DNA of 64,000 bases from Blastocladiella emersonii ATCC 22665. Taxonomy: Eukaryota; Fungi; Blastocladiomycota. The notes under the pieces are model-generated. The model saw nothing but the letters and a program-made list of their open reading frames with translations. It had not been told where the DNA came from and did no database searches. The position numbers were made by a program, and so were the translations under genes. Below are positions 46,544 through 59,669 of this stretch, in pieces; position 1 is the stretch's first letter; every line of letters begins with the position of its first letter. The stretch is from contig JANHCV010000009.1 of the NCBI GenBank assembly GCA_025594325.1, positions 744,001 through 808,000 on the forward strand, in the 5' to 3' direction.

Positions 46544-49500
46544 ATGGGCGCCGCCGACGTCAAGAACGAGAAGGCGGCCGAGCTCGACAAGAAGAAGTCG
46601 TCGAGCTTCGTGGTCGACGAGGAGTTCGAGTCGATCGTCAACGACATCGTGCCGACCACGGATGACGTCAACACCCCCTCCCTCACCCTCCGTGTCTGGA
46701 TCATCGGCACGGTCTTCACGGTGGTCCTGGGTGTGCTCAACCAGATCTTTACTTTCCGCACCAACTCGTTCGCGGTCAGTTCGTACGTGTCCGCTGAACC
46801 GATTACGCGCGATTCCGGGACCAAAAGCAGAAAACTGACGGAGATACGCCCGAACGTAGCTATGTTGCTGTCCTGCTGTCGTACCCGATGGGTCTCTTCA
46901 TGGCCAAGGTCATCCCCTCGGTCAAGTTCTCGCTCTTCGGCGTCGAGGTCGACACCAACCCCGGCCCGTTCTCGGTCAAAGAGCACGTCCTGATCGGCAT
47001 CTTCGGCTCGACTGGCGCCGCCGGCATCTACGGTACCGACAACCTCGTTGTGCAGCAGGCCTTCTACAACCTCGATGTCGGCTACTTCTGGGGCCTGCTC
47101 TTCCTGTACACGACCAGTACGCTTGGCTTCGGTATCGCCGGTGTCTGCCGTCGCTTCCTCATCCGCCCCGCGCACATGATCTGGTACGCTCTCTCGCTCG
47201 GTCGCTCGACCTCGGTCTCGGCCCCGCCCCTACCCCTCTCCCCTCGCAGTTTCGACCGCCGAACGATGCTGCACGGGCACGAGCGCACGCTTGCCCACCG
47301 TCGCGCGTCGTTTGCGGTCGAAAATCGGCGGTCCCTCGTCCCCCTGACCTCCGACTGCGACCAAACGCTCACCGCTCGCTCCCCTACCTCCCCCGACCGC
47401 TTTCTTTTCGATGCAGGCCCGCCGTGTTGCCCAGCGTCGCCCTATACACGGCGTTCCATGACGTCAAGGTCGCTGGTGTCGCCGAGGCCGAGGGCAAGCA
47501 CTGGTCGCAGTTCAAGGTGTTCGGCATCGGCGCGCTCGGCATGGCCATCTACCACTTCATCGGCCCCGGTTTCCTCGCCCCCATGCTCGGCTACTTCCCC
47601 ATCCTCTGCTGGATCGCCCCCAACACGGTCCTCGCCAAGTACGGCTCGCCCATGGCCGGCACCGGCATCCTGTCCTTCAACCTCGACTGGACCACCTTCG
47701 GCTCGGCCGCCATGTCGGTCCCCTACTGGTCGGCCGTCAACCAGTTCGTGTCCTACGTGCTCTTCATGTGGATCATCTCGCCCCTGGCCGCCCAGGGCAA
47801 CTGGTTCAACCAGCCGAAGCCGAAGATCTCGCTCAACAGTTCCAAGCTTATGAATAATGCCGGGAAGAAGATTGGAGCTGAAATCCTCGTGGACCCGGCC
47901 ACCAACATCCTCATTGACGAGGTCTACGCTGCCCAGAAGCCGGTACGTTTTTTTTTATGGTGGTTCTCGCGTGGTGGAGGCTCGGGGCCGACCTGGCGAC
48001 CTCCCCGCGTGCCGACCTCGCTCCCTACTTCCCCCGACCTTCCCTAACCCCCTTTTCGTTCGAAAACCTAGGTGTTCATGTCCCCCTTCTTCGCGTGGTC
48101 GTACTTCGGCTCCATGGCCCAGTTCACGTCCTCGATCTCGCACACGGCCGTGTGGTACGGCAAGGACATCGTCAACCGTTTCCGCTACTCGCAGTCGGAC
48201 GCCGACGACCACGACGTGCACTGCCAGCTCATCGACAAGTACCCCGAGGTCCCCGACACCTGGTACTACGGCTTCTTCGTCTTCACGGCTGTCGTCTCGA
48301 TCATCGTCGGCCAGTTCTCGGGCATCCAGACCGAGTGGTGGGTCACCATCCTCGCCATCATCGTCTCGATCCTTGGCACCATCCCCATCTCGGTCGTGTA
48401 CGCCACCGCCGGTGTCGCGCTCTTCATGAACGTCATTGCCGAGTACGTTGCTCTTTTTCTCGCTCGACTCGTCGCCGCACGACGCGCGCGCGCCTCGCCG
48501 AGCTGACGCTGACCCACCTCTCTTGCCTCCACCCACCCAGGTTCATCATCGGTATCATCCTGCCCGGTCGCCCCATCGTCATGATGGCCTTCAAGTGCCT
48601 CGGTGTCACCGTCTCGAACCAGTGCCTCACGCTGCTCTCGGACCTCAAACTCGGCCACTACATGAAGGTCCCGCCTCGCCACGTCTTCATCGTGCAGATC
48701 TTTTCGCAGCTTCTCGCCTGCTTCATCTGCCTCGCGGTCATGGAGTCGTGGATCAAGAACCCCGAGAAGCTCGAGTGGCTCAAGGACAACGGCGGCTCGG
48801 ATGGTCCCGGCAAGGTCTGGGGCGCCACTGGCTGTACGTCTTCTCTCGTCTCTCTCCACGACTTCGACCTCGACCTCCTCTCCACCTCGACCTTCTCTCT
48901 CCACCTCGATCTCCTCGACCTCGGTCTCCTCGACCTCGAGCTCCTCGGGCTGCGCGAGCGCGAGCTCGTGCTGAAACGACGCGACGGTGGCTGCGGTGAC
49001 GCGCCTCGTCTGCTCCGACCACCGACTCCCTCGACTCCCCCACCACTCCCAACACACACTAACTCACCATCAACCACCCAGATAACGTTTATTACAACGC
49101 CTCGCTTATTTGGGGCGCGATTGGCCCGATCCGCTTCTTCTTCGAGTCGGTCTACTCGCCCATCATCATTGGCGGTCTCGTCGCCGGTGCCGTGCTCCCG
49201 ATCATCTTCCGTGTGTGCGCCATGTTCATTCCCGGCATCCCGTGGCACCTGTTCCACGCGTCGCTGCTGTTCACGGTCGGCTCGCCCGGTTCCAACCAGT
49301 CGTTCGTGCTGTCGTCGTTCCTCGTCTCGACCTTCTTCCAGTTCTACATGTACCGCTGGCACTCGGGCTGGTGGCGCCGCAACAACTACGTCCTGGCCAC
49401 GGCTTTCGACGTCGGTGCCGCCCTGGTCGCCATCATTATCACCTTCGTCATCGCCGACAACGGTATCACGGCGCCCGTCTGGCTCCTGTCGCCCGACGCC

Positions 49501-49557
49501 GAGAACCCCGACGAGATGTACGGTCCCTACGGTGACTGGTGCCACTTCGAGGCGTAA
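46544..49557 (+). CDS. OPT-family oligopeptide transporter (multi-exon)
   Basis: DDVNTPSLTLRVWIIG, NPGPFSVKEHVLI, YPEVPDTWY, DLKLGHYMKVPPR, WWRRNNYVLATAFDVG; TAA at 49555-49557. Confidence 0.92.
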
Positions 49558-50547
49558 GCGCTCGCGTGGTGCACCTCCCGCCCATCATCCTCTCGCAGGT
49601 TTGTCGAGCAATTTTCCCCACCTTTGATCTTTCCACCCTTGTCCTATATATACACGCTCGCTACTGCACCGTTTTTGCATAAACTACCTGCTACTCCATC
49701 CTCGTCCCTGTCCTGGTCTCGCTAAGGTTCGCTTGAGGTTTTGCTCCTGGCTTTGAGCGACGTTTCCTTGTCGCTGATCGTCGCCTAGCTAGCTGTCTCG
49801 CTCGCCTGCCATGACGCTGGTCGATCGAGTAGTAGCTCGAGTCGCACCGGCCCGCCGAGAACAGCTGCGTTGGCTGCCTCCGCCGTGAGGTTGGTTACGT
49901 GATGGCCGCTGTGATGGCCACGACCGCGGCCACGTTTCGCCACGCACCTTGAGCAAGTTGATTCCCACTCAGCAAATTCAGCTCTAGCTCGAACCGTACT
50001 ACGCGAAATGATACTTTGAAGAGTTCCCCTGTTGAGACGGGCATCACGGCTCAACGATGTGTCTTCGAAGTCCGCTCCTCACCACGAGCGCGAAGAAGCG
50101 ACGCGAGCTCATGTGACGCTTAAAATGAACGACGCGTCAACATCGCCACCTCGCCGCCCAACTCGGGCATCCCACGCTCCCCCTCCCATGCATTTTTCGG
50201 AGCCCATAACCTGCTGCAACATGTATATCGACACTTCTAAGACGCATTGGTCCACTCTTCGCGCGCACAACTTGGGGTCGACCAGCCGCCGTCCCGGCCC
50301 GGCGCGCTCAACGAGAACGCCGTGTACTTGGTACTCGCCGCGAGCGCAACTCGCTTCCTCTATCGAACTGTACGTTAAGCATGACTCGCACACAACCTTA
50401 TCGTGTCGGTGGGTCCCACGAGATGCTGCTCAACAGCGGCGTCACGGTTCCCCAGCTAGGACACCGCTTTCTTTGTGCCTGCGAGACTCACCGACCTCCT
50501 GCATCGTTTCCGAAACGTCTAGTTCGTCATTTCCGTCCCTTTGGCAG

Positions 50548-53500
50548 CGCTGAGTACGTCCGCATGGTCGACGGCGTCATCTCGGTCTTTGGTGGCTTCG
50601 ACACCATCTGCTACTACTCCAACGTCGACCTGATCGTCGAGCTCGCCGATTCGGCCGGCGTCGACGCCGTGTGAGCCGTTTTTGGCCACGCCTCCGAGAT
50701 CCGGCGCCTACCCGACCGCCTCGACGAGAAGGGGATCGTCTTCATCGACCCGCAGGCAACGCCATGCGCGCCTTCGGCGACAAGATCTCCTCCACCATCG
50801 TCGCCCAGTCCGCCAACGTCCCCACCTTGGGCTGGTCCGGCGACGGGCTCGTCACCGACGCCCGCAACGCCGACGGCATGATCGACGTTCCCGAGGACCT
50901 GTATCTCAAGGCCTGCGTCACCGACGTCGAGCAGGCCATCGAGGTCGCGGACTGCGTGGGCTACCCGCTCAAAGTACGCTAATTCTCCTGTTTTTCTGAC
51001 GCACGACCGACCAGCTCGCTCACCCTCGCACCCTCCCCCCCAAAACCAATAGATCAAGGCGTCCGAGGGCGGCGGCGGCAAGGGCATCCGCAAGGTCACG
51101 GACCCGTCGCAGTTCCGCGCCGCGTTCGCGCAGGTCGCCGCCGAGGTGCAGGGCTCGCACATCTTCCTCATGCGCCTGGCGTCCAACGCGCGCCAGCTCG
51201 AGGTCCGGATCCTCGCCGACGCCTACGGCAACGCCATCTCGCTGTTCGGCCGCAACTGCTCGGCCCAGCGCCGCCACCAGAAGATCCTCGAGGGGGCCCC
51301 CGTCACCATCGCCGACCCGGCCATCTCCGAGGACATGGAGATGTCGGCCGTCCTCCTCGCCAAGCTCGTTGGCTACGTCAACGCCGGCACCGCCGAGTTC
51401 CTCTACGACGTGGACAGCAACAAGTACTACTTCCTCGAGCGCAACCCGCGCCCGCAGGTCGAGCACTCGACCACCGAGATGGTGTTCGGAGTCAACATCT
51501 CCGCGGCGCAGCTGCAGGTCGCCATGGACATCCCGCTGCACCGGATCTCGCCCGTGTGCATGCTGTACGGGCTGCAGCCGCACACCACGTCCGAAATCGA
51601 CTTCCACTTCGACAACCCGCAGTCGCTGACGATCCAGCGCAAGCCGGCGCCAACGGGCCACGTCATCGCGTGCCGCATCACGGCCGAGAACCCGGACGCC
51701 GGGTTCAAGCCGTCGGGCGGGCACCTCGTCGAGCTCAACTTCCGGTCGTCGACGGACGTGTGGGGGCTACTTCTCCGTGTCGGCCAACGGCGGGCTGCAC
51801 GAGTTTGCCGACTCGCAGTTCGGCCACGTGTTCGCGTACTTCCACGACCGCCACCCGTTACGCCGCAACATGATCATGACGCCCAAGGAGCTGCGCATCC
51901 GCGGCGACTTCCGCACGAACGTCGAGTACCTGATCACGCTGCTTGAGACGGACGAGTTCGCCAACAACCACTTCTCGACCGAGTGGCTCGACGCCCGCAT
52001 CCAGCAGAAGCTCACGGCCGAGCGGCACGACCGATGGGTCTCGGTCGTCACGGGCGCCGCCACCATGGTCTTCCTCGCCGCCGAGGATCAGAAGGCCCAG
52101 TTCCTCAAGTCGCTCGACAAGAGCCAGGTGCCCACGCTCGCCGGCATCAATGACGAGTTCTCGACCTCGTTCATCTTCGACGGCGTCCGCTACGACATTG
52201 CCCCGTGATGCTCACCGCGCGCGACCTGCTCGTTCTGCGCCTCAACGACTCGCACGTCGTGGTCCGTACCCCCGCCCTGCCCGACGGCGGCGTCCTCGTC
52301 ACCTACGCGCAAGGGTCTCACGTCACGTACGCTTCCGACAACGTGGCCAGCACCCGCATGTCCATCAACGGGCGCACCGTGGTCCTCGAGCAGGAGGCGG
52401 ACCCGACGCAGCTGCGGTCGCCGTCGCCGTCGCCCGGCAAGCTCGTGCGCTGGCTCATCCCCAACGCCGGCCACGTCGACACCGGCCAGGCGTTCGCCGA
52501 GATCGGGGTCATGAAGATGATCATGCCGCTCGTCACCACCGACGCCGGCACCTTTGCGCCTGGCCGCAAGCAGCCCGGCTCGCCCATCGCCGCCGGCGAG
52601 ATCCTCGCCGTCCTCGAGCTCGACGGCATGTCGCAGGTCAAGACCGCTGAGGTGAGCGTCGAGCCGTTCCCGTCGTCGATCGCCAGCTCGACGTGGTCGG
52701 CCTCGCTCGAGCGAGGCCGAAATGCGCGGTTTGCTGCTGTGCTCCTGTCGGCCGCCACCGCCACGGCCGCGCCCCTGGCCTCGGCCGTCGTCGTCCTCGT
52801 CGGCAAGGCCAACAAGGCGCACTAGCGGTACCTCGACCTGCAGCAGGTGCTCGACCTGGCCGTCGACGGTTTCAAGCAGGTGCAGCCTGTCGCGTCGCTG
52901 CTGGCCGCGTACCTCGACGTGATCCACCGCCCCGAGCTCCCGTTCCTCCACACGGCGCAGGTCCTCGGCAGCTACCACGGCCGGCTGCCCAACGGGCTCG
53001 AGGGCAAGCTGCTCGACCTCAACTCGACCGCGTCCACCGAGACCACGCCGTTCCCTGCGGCCGAGCAGCCGCGCTCCTCGCCACGGTGCCCGACCAGGCT
53101 GCCATCGCGCCGATCCTCGAGGTCGTCCGCAGGTACGAGGCGGGTGCCGACGCGCACGCGGTCGACGGTTCTACGTGTTCGAGTCGCCGTTCATGTTGGG
53201 CGGAGACGCTGTCCACATCGAGAAGCGGTGCTAAAGCTCCGCACCCGCATGGAGCTCGAGGCGCAATACTGGACGTGCTTCTCGCGCTCGCGCGCCGCGT
53301 GGAAGGGTAAGGCGATCGGCGTGGTCCTCGACCTCGTCGCCGCCCAGCGCTCGGTCCTCGCCCGCTCGCCCAACGTCCAGAAGCAGCACACGGCGCTGCA
53401 CCAGCTCGCCGAGCTCGGCGGCACCGCGGCCGTCTCGGTCGCCGCCAAGGCCAAGGGCGCCCCAGTCGGTCTAGCTCCGCGCCCGTGCGCTGCTGATCGC

Positions 53501-56490
53501 GATGCAGCTGCCCGGGTTCGACGAGCGGTACCGCCAGTTCCGTGACGTGGCGCGCGCCGTCGCGGGGCTGCCCGAGGCGTCGCCTGCCGCGCGCGAGGAG
53601 GCCTTGAACCTGATCAACTCGCCCTTCTCCATCTTCGACGTGCTCCCCTCGCTCTTCTACGAGCACGACGTGCCCGCCGTCGACCGCCTTATCGCCCTCG
53701 ACATGTACGTGCGCCGCGCCTACAACACGTACCGCGTCCACGCCGTCAAGAAGCGCGACGCGTTTCTCGTCTCGCTCGTTGAGTGGCAGTTCCAGGTCTC
53801 CGCTCACGACCTCGGGATCGGGAACGCGTCGACCGCCGCCGCCGGTGGGTCAGCGTACGACAACCTGCGCGCCGCGTCGGTCTCGAACGTGACGCTCATG
53901 GTCAAGCGCGTCGAACTCGGCCCCGTCCGCGTCGGCATCATGGCCGCCGTCTGCGACGCCGCCGAGCTCCAGCTGCACCTGCCCGGGATTCTCGCGCTGT
54001 TCCCGCAGGTCCAGGCCAAGAAGCTCGGCCGCACCGAGCCGTGGCACGTGCTCAACGTCGCGATCGAGGTGCCTGCGGCCAACACCTGGGACGACGAGGC
54101 CGACGGCGCTGAAACCGACGCGGCGCTGTCGTCGCTGTTCGGGTCGCTCCTGACGTTGTCGACGGCGGCGCTCAGGTCGCGCGGGATCCGCCGCGTCACC
54201 ATGGTCGTGTACCGCAAGGGCCAGTACCCGCGGTACTTCACGTACGGCGAACGGCTGGCGTTCGGCGAGGACGCGACGATCCGCAACATCGAGCCGTCCG
54301 TCGCACGCGTTGCAGCTCGAGCTGTACCGGCTCGCGCGCTTCAACCTCGTGCCCGTCGCCACGCCTACCAATCGCAGCATCCACGTCTGCCACGCCGTCG
54401 GCAAGGACAACGCGCTCAACTCGCGGTTCTTCCTCCGCGCCCTGGTCCGCCCCGGCGGCCCCACGCCCAGCGTCGGTGAGCGGTGGACAGTCGAGTACCC
54501 CACGGCCGATTCCAACGGGATCCTCATCGACACGCTCAACGAGCTCGAGCTCGCGGCCGAGCGGTTCCCAAACACCGACTACAACCACCTGTTCCTCAGC
54601 TTCCTGCCCGAGCTCCCCGTGTCGCCCAACGAGGTGCAGGACTCGTTCGCCGGGTTCTTGATGCGCTACGGCAAGCGGCTGTGGAAGCTGCACATCACGA
54701 GTGCCGAGGTCCGGTTCCTGTGCCACCTGCCGACCACCGGCGCCGAGACCACCACGTGCCGGTTCTCTGTGTCGAACTTGTCTGGGGTGATCAAGGCCGA
54801 GCGGCACCGCGAGGTCAAGGACGACCGCGGGCGCGTCGTGCTGCACACCGAGGGCACGTCGTCCGCGTCGGGCAAGGGCGAGCACCACCTCGCGCCCGCC
54901 GACTGGGCGTACCCGAACAAGGAGAAGGTGCAGCCCAGGCGGCACCGCGCCCACGTCATGGGCACCACCTACATCTACGACTACCTCGACCTCGTCCACG
55001 AGGCCCTCGCCCAGCAGTGGGCGCGGTACCCGCACCTCGCGCGGCCCGCCGGCAACCTCGTCGACGCCGTCGAGCTCGTCCTCGGCAAGGACGGCGCCCT
55101 GTGCAAGGTCGCCCGCCCGATCGGCTCCAACACGTGCGGCATGGTCGCGTGGCTCGTCGAGATGAGGACGCCCGAGTGCCCGCGCAGCCGGTTCATGGTC
55201 CTGATCGCCAACGATATCACCTTCGCCATCGGCTCGTTCGGCCCGCAGGAGGACGACGTGTTCGCCGCCGCGTCCAAGCTCGCCCGCGAGCTCGGCGTCC
55301 TGCGCATCTACGTGTCCGCCAACTCGAGCGTGCGTATTGGTCTCGCCGACGAGGTCCTCGCCGCGTACCGCATCGCGTGGGTCGACCCGCGCGACCCCGC
55401 GCTCGGGTTCAAGTATCTGTAACTCACGCCCGAGGACTACGTCCGCCTGCGCGACTCGGTCACAGTCGAGCGCCTCGTTGACGACGACACGGGCGAGACG
55501 CACATGCGCATCGTCGACGTGATCGGGATCAAGGACGGGCTCGGCGTCAAGAACCTCATGGGCTCGGGCCTGATCGCCGGCGAGGCGTCGGCCGCATACG
55601 ACGAGATCTTCACGGCCACGCTCGTCGCGTGCCGCTCTGTTGGCATCGGCGCGTCCCTGGTGCGCCTCGGCCAGCGCGCGATCCAGTGCGACGGCCAGCC
55701 CATCATCCTCACGGGCGCCGCGGCCCTCAACAAGGTAATCGGCCGCGACGTGTATTCGTCCAACCTGCAGCTCGGCGGCGTCCAAATCGTGATCGGCAAC
55801 GGCATCTCGCACCTCACCTCCATCGATCCGCTGCACGGTGTCGCCCAGATCATCCAGTGGCTCAGCTACGTCCCCGCCCACCGCGGCGCGCCGCTCCCGA
55901 TCCTCCAGGCGCCCATCAGCAACCCGGCGGCGATTGCCGCCGCGCACCCGGCCTCGGCCTTCTCGACCACGGCTTCCTCGGTCGCGGACGGCGCCGCCGG
56001 CGACGCCGCCTCGTACCAGTTCGACGAGGCCGACCGCGACATTGATTTCGCGCCGACCAGGTCGCTGCACGACCAGCGCCGCATGCTGCACGGGCACCGC
56101 GACGAGTCGGGCGCGTGGGTCGGCGGGTTCTTCGACCGCGGCTCATGGATGGAGACCATGGACGGGTGGAGCAAGACGGTCGTGGTCGGCCGCGGCCGCC
56201 TCGGCGGTGTTCCCGTCGGCGCGATCGCCGTCGAGACGCGCACCGTCGAGGCCGTGATCCCCGCAGACCCGGCGAACCCGGACTCGGCCGAGACTATCGT
56301 CGAGCCGCCCGGCGTGTGGACGCCCGCGTCCGCGTACAAGACGGCACAGGCGATCCGCGATCTCGGCCGCGAGGCTCTCCCGCTGCTCACCTTCGCCAAC
56401 TGGCGCGGGTTCTCGGGCGGCCAGCGCGACATGTTCGACACCATCCTCAAGTTTGGCAGCTACATTGTCGACGCGCTGCGCACTTACCGC
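50548..56490 (+). pseudogene. ACC1: Unprocessed acetyl-CoA carboxylase pseudogene, truncated at both ends
   Basis: Biotin carboxylase ([22 protein letters not shown]), biotin carrier (VMKM) and carboxyltransferase (ANDITF, ANWRGFSGGQRDM) motifs in order. Stops at 50672-74 (W to TGA), 52206-08, 52823-25 and 55420-22, plus many frameshifts. Intron 50974-51052 is retained. Confidence 0.92.
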
Positions 56491-56496
56491 GCGTAG

Positions 56497-56558
56497 CGCG
56501 ACTGGCCATGGCGGCTAGTGGGTTAGCTGAGCTGGCTGCGGCTCGGGTCATTGAGTAG
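56497..56558 (+). pseudogene. Residual C-terminal 20 codons of an F-box-like copy-C paralog
   Basis: Reads ARLAMAASGLAELAAARVIE-TAG versus copy C's APRAMAASGMAEPAVAPALE-TAG. The following intergenic DNA also matches the C-D spacer (15810-15983). Confidence 0.75.
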
Positions 56559-56771
56559 TACACAATTCTCAAGCACATGGCTGCAGTTCGCTAAGGCCTG
56601 ACGAATCGACAGGTAACCGAGGCGGGCGGCGAGATGAGCAACGCGGTGTTCGCCGCATTGGGCTCGCTGCTCTGCTCGCCGCTTGAACGCACCACTGCGC
56701 GCTTGCGAGGGGGCTACTCTCGCTCTCCCCATATAACCCCGCCAGCGCAGCTCACTTAATAACTCACTGCA

Positions 56772-59120
56772 ATGAATCTAATGAAGCCTCGGGACCCCAC
56801 TCTTTGCGACCTTCCGACCGAGGTGCTCGAGCCAGTTCTGCAGCTCGCGCACCCGCGCTCCATCGTGTGTGCCGCGGGGCCTGAGCTCTGCGCCGCTGTG
56901 CGCTCCGGCCCCGTCGTTCGGTCGTGGCTGTCGCGGGTCTTGCGCCAGGACGTCCAATCCGGATGCGTGGCCAAGTCTGCAGGTTGAATTATCGTCATTA
57001 TCCGACCGATCTCGGCTTGTACTTTGAACACAACATCCGGAGCGGTCCTCGTCGGCTCCGCACGCAGGGTCCTCCTGCGTCCGCCAAAGGCCTTCTCAAA
57101 TCGGCGGCAGCTACCGCTCTCATTGACCAGCTTCTCGATCTCGCGCTGGACAAGCTACGCTTGGACCTTGACGATAACGTCGTGCTTGCTAAGATTTCAG
57201 CTACCATCCTCAAGGCATTCCGCGTGCTTCGCAATGCTGTCAAATCGACCAAGTCATACGTTAACTGCTTCGAGCACCCAGGCGCGTCGCTTGTGCAGCT
57301 CCTGCTTCATTGCACGCGTCACCTTGACGTCGCCGAGTACGCGCACGTCATCGCGCGTGTTTTCACTCGTCTTCCGCAGCTTTTATTGGCCAAGCTCAAG
57401 CTCCGCGCCTGGGTCTCGCACACTTGGGCGTCGCGTCTTGCTCTCGACAAGTTCACTTTGCAGGGCAGCAACAACGACCCGGACATGTCGCTGACCAACT
57501 TCCTCGCTTACTACGCTGCGCATCTCTGGTCGCCCAAAATCATCGACGTGCTCCACGCCAATTCGAGGCTCGGGCTTCAACGTCTGCGGATTACCGAGCT
57601 GCTGCGCACCAACCATGGCATGTCACAGCTGCTCTCAATGCTCCCGATCAAATCCGACGAGCCGGGTGACCAAGACGTTATCGACACGCTCAATTGGCTT
57701 CTCGGTGCACAATGGTGTGAGAGGACGTTGACCTTTTACGGCGGCAAGCACCTGTTTGTTTGGCTTGCGATACTCAACTACGCCGCCGCCCTCCGCCACG
57801 CTATTGCATGCAGGCATGGCGACGCGTTGCTCGAAGTGAATCGTTGTAGTCAACAATCAGGCCTCGCGGCATTCCTTAACAACAAGCACCAGCTCAGCGC
57901 CGGTGTCGTCAAAGTACTTGATGACCATTTAAACTTGAATGGAAAATTTTGGGTTCGACAGCTTGAAAAGGCCTTCAGGCATTGTCACGGCATTCATCAC
58001 AAAACGCGCGTCAAGTTCATTGTTAAGCAACTTGGGCACCGGCTGCGTAGCGTGCTTGCGAGCGGTATGCTGATCCATCATCTGCTCTTTGGTTCCCATT
58101 GAAGGTCACTAACATGACATGTCCCCGTTCGGCTAGCTTTTTTTTGAATTTCTTCCTTACAACTGCATGGGTCTCCATCGGAGTCATGTTCTTGTTTTGG
58201 CCCAGACCCACTTTTCCCCTGACCAGCTACTTCGGTTCCTAGGCACGCTGGTGGATCAAATGTGCTGCTTCATCACGAACGATCTCTCAGGCAGCTTTGA
58301 AGTGCGCATGCATTGCGCCACGAAGGAGTTTGATGATGATGCAGCCAACATGGCTCTAGCCGTTATCTTTCGCAGCGAAGACCTTCCCGACGGCGCTCTC
58401 TGGCCCATATTCCTTCTGGCCAACGCTTTCGTCTCGCGTTACGGACCACTCGAGTGCACCGCCCTCGCGTGGGTTCCCGTAGCCGCTTTTCGCGACCCAG
58501 CCACCCGCGACCGCGCGTGCGAGTGGATTCGCACCGAGGAAACGGCACCGCTTCTTCTCGCCGCCATGCTCCACGCACAGCATCGTGGCCGTGTTGGCGT
58601 CCACGCAGCCGTCCACCTGAACACGTTCCGCAATGCGTGCTCCAAATGCCCGCTTTTCGGACAGCGTGCCTGGCTTCGCACAATGTCCGATCTCATTGCC
58701 ATCGACTCAGCCGCGGTGCGCACAATCGTGCCGAAACTTGGACGTGCGCTCTGTGCGGCACTTGAGGGCATTCCAGATCTCGCCAAGTCTGATTCGCGTG
58801 CCGAAGATTGTCACGGCGCATGCGACACACTCAAACACCCGATGCTCGCCATGATCCAGCTGCTGCTTCGCGCTGATCTTGCGGGCGCGCTGGACATGCT
58901 CGCGAGCACCGAGTTGCACGGCGGCGAGATTCCACTTTCCGTGTGGCGCGCGATCGACGCAGGCGCGCTTGACAGTGTCAAGGGCACCGAGTGGATCGTT
59001 CGGACCGTCTCGAACCTCAAGGAGTCGACCGGTTCCAGCGGCGTCAATCTGGCCTTCAAGCGCGAACTTCGGCGCGTTGCCCCGCTGACCATGTCGAGCA
59101 GCGGGTTTCCTGCACTTTGA
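56772..59120 (+). pseudogene. F-box-like family copy E, full length but with three +1 frameshifts
   Basis: MNLMKPRDPTLCDLPTEVLEPVLQL start; extra bases near 56955, near 56989 and in the T8 run 58138-58145; family intron at 58065-58136; C-terminal ACSKCPLFGQRAW, CHGACDT, WRAIDAGALDSVKG. Confidence 0.75.
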
Positions 59121-59669
59121 GTTGCGTAGTAGTTTTCCTCCTGAATACACAGCATAAAGCATCCCTCGATTTTGGCAGTGAAGTCGTTCCACTCTCAGGC
59201 ACTGTACGAGACTCCACGACGCGTAAGAATGCGCGATCGGGGGACTATTTAGACCGATTTCGGTGTTTATGAGCGCAACTAGAAACGTATCGAGGGCTAA
59301 AGCCCTCTTTCTAGACCGGGTCGCTGCCGGATAGGGTGCCGACGCTCACGTGAGCGCGATCCACGCGAGCGACCCGAAAACGCGTGACAGACGCGTCGTT
59401 TCTCATGTGACTGCTGTGGCGCAACGCGTCCTGGCCTTGCACGTGATCGGCCTCGGCCCAACCCGCGGAAGCGCCGCGCGGCGCCAACCACTCAAGGGCG
59501 AGCGGAGCGCGTTGCACCGACTCGCGTGCTTCGCGAGCTTCTGAGTTCAAGAGGATCGGAGCGATGTGAACGTAGGAGAACGAAAAGTATATCTTTGTGC
59601 GGGAGGAAACAAGAGTCTGCGTGAGCCTGCGCGAGGGGAATGAACAAAGTCGGGGCGGGAGCGAGTGCA

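Noticed and set aside
59161-59175. CCCTCGATT resembling the element's right terminus
   Set aside because: Only 9 nt, with no hairpin partner; compatible with chance.
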